Origin: the human T2T-CHM13v2.0 reference genome, Homo sapiens
Length of the DNA stretch: 64,000 nt
NCBI RefSeq assembly: GCF_009914755.1
Contig: NC_060932.1
Strand: one strand, 5' to 3'
Below the pieces are notes generated by a model. That model saw only the letters and a program-made list of their open reading frames with translations. It ran no database searches and was not told the DNA's origin. The translations under genes were made by a program, and so were the position numbers. The first letter of the stretch is position 1. Every line of letters begins with the position of its first letter. Shown one piece after another: positions 63,466 to 64,000 of the stretch.

Positions 63466-63902
63466 TGAGTGAATAAAAGAATGAATAGGAAAGAGACATC
63501 CCATTTGCCCCACATAAGCGAATGCTTTATTGTACACTGCTTTTGGCATATTTGGTATCAATTAAGAATGTGAGCTTTGAAGTCACAGACTCTGGAGCTG
63601 AATCTCCACCCCACGCCTTTGATAAGGAATATAGTTATATGATAATATTATATCAGTTAATGTCCAGTTAAAGAGAAACACTCTTGTAATTTCAAGAAGA
63701 CTGGGGCTTAATGCCAGTAATTGTTTACAATGGAGTTGGAAGAGCTGAAGGTTCAGAAGAGAAGAGACTGTTACTCTTAAGTCAAGAACATTCTGCTGCC
63801 CCTTGGCTGGAGCTCATGAACACCACCAGTGCCAGGTCCCTGCTGCTGTTGTTACTACGTTACATCACCACCACAAGCAGGAGCCCCAGAGCCCCTACTT
63901 AC

Positions 63903-63979
63903 CCAGAAACTCACAAATCATGATCACATGCTGGAGCCCACAGTAGCCTGTCTCAAATTCACTGGCCCTGCTCCTGCCT
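63903..63979 (-). other. Candidate 77-nt internal exon of an unidentified transcript
   Basis: Minus strand: CCACTTTTGCATTTCCTACAG|AGGCAGG...TTTCTGG|GTAAGT, a strong acceptor and donor in unique sequence. Confidence 0.3.
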
Positions 63980-64000
63980 CTGTAGGAAATGCAAAAGTGG

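Overview
Hominoid (human-like) non-coding genomic DNA, AT-rich and CpG-depleted, probably intronic or intergenic. I found no protein-coding exon chain, RNA gene, CpG island or CRISPR array. The ORF track is explained by repeats, microsatellites and chance. Much of the window is interspersed repeat: a full-length THE1B-type MaLR provirus, solo LTRs (THE1D x2, MER39, MER31, MLT1s, LTR41-like), ERVL pro/pol fossils, nine Alus, L1/HAL1/L2/L3 fragments, many MIRs and DNA-transposon MITEs. Subfamily names come from recalled consensus features, not a database search. I see no convincing new biological system. The most notable structures are: (1) an L1PA2-like insertion at 49.8-50.8 kb with a twin-priming 5' inversion and an apparent 3'-transduced L1PA7 tail inside one 12-bp TSD; (2) an ERVL pol fossil split by three nested insertions; (3) a 125-bp local duplication inside a HAL1; (4) a candidate ~1.1-kb inversion splitting an MLT1H; (5) young AluY/AluYe copies; (6) a candidate minus-strand exon and candidate CTCF/enhancer sites.
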